A stretch of 64,000 nt of DNA, from contig NC_043015.1 in NCBI RefSeq assembly GCF_006345805.1, positions 14,446,001 to 14,510,000 on the forward strand, written 5' to 3'. Shown here in pieces: positions 63,878 to 64,000 of the stretch (position 1 is the stretch's first letter; each line of letters begins with the position of its first letter). The DNA is from Octopus sinensis (lineage: Eukaryota). The notes beneath the pieces were generated by a model. The model made no database searches and was not told where the DNA came from. It saw only the letters and a list, made by a program, of their open reading frames with translations. The translations under genes and the position numbers were made by a program.

Positions 63878-64000
63878 GGTGCAGGCATGGCTGTGTGGTA
63901 AAAAGTTTGCTTCCCAACCACATGGTTCCAAGTCCATTGTGTGGCACTTTAGGTGAATGTTTTTTATCATAGCCTTGGGCTGAAAAATCTTGTGAGTTGG
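63878..64000 (+). mobile_element. tRNA-derived SINE 5' part (continues beyond the window); related copy at about 51975-52200
   Basis: aggtgcaggcatggctgtgtggtaaaaagtttgcttcccaaccacatggttcc head, as at 18327. Confidence 0.75.

Overview
AT-rich, microsatellite-dense eukaryotic DNA. The repeat repertoire (tRNA-derived SINEs, RTE LINEs with (GAT)n tails, Penelope elements) points to a coleoid cephalopod, most likely Octopus; this is inference, no search was run. The only host gene recognised is TM9SF2 (+ strand): exon 1 at 50014-50139 and exon 2 at 60987-61054, both too short for the ORF track. A head-to-head gene may share its promoter. The rest is mostly decayed mobile DNA: three Penelope-like elements (PLEs), a nested Ty3/Gypsy element, RTE, CR1 and Dong/R4 LINE pieces, three Tc1/mariner remnants, Helitrons, piggyBac-type MITEs and SINEs. 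The standout signal is a set of hammerhead ribozyme (HHR) elements sitting in (TA)n tracts. One is a 491-492 bp tandem, retrozyme-like unit (35663-36769) with an intact HHR in each full copy, a greatly extended helix II, and a 5' end 7 nt from the predicted self-cleavage site. There are also a second non-coding HHR family (14.3-15.0 kb and 40.1-40.8 kb), variant-core HHR-like motifs, and several fold-back palindromes sharing a 'long arm + tail / short arm' layout. Most ORF-track entries are microsatellite artefacts. All folds and alignments were done by eye, and boundaries described as approximate are not base-exact.
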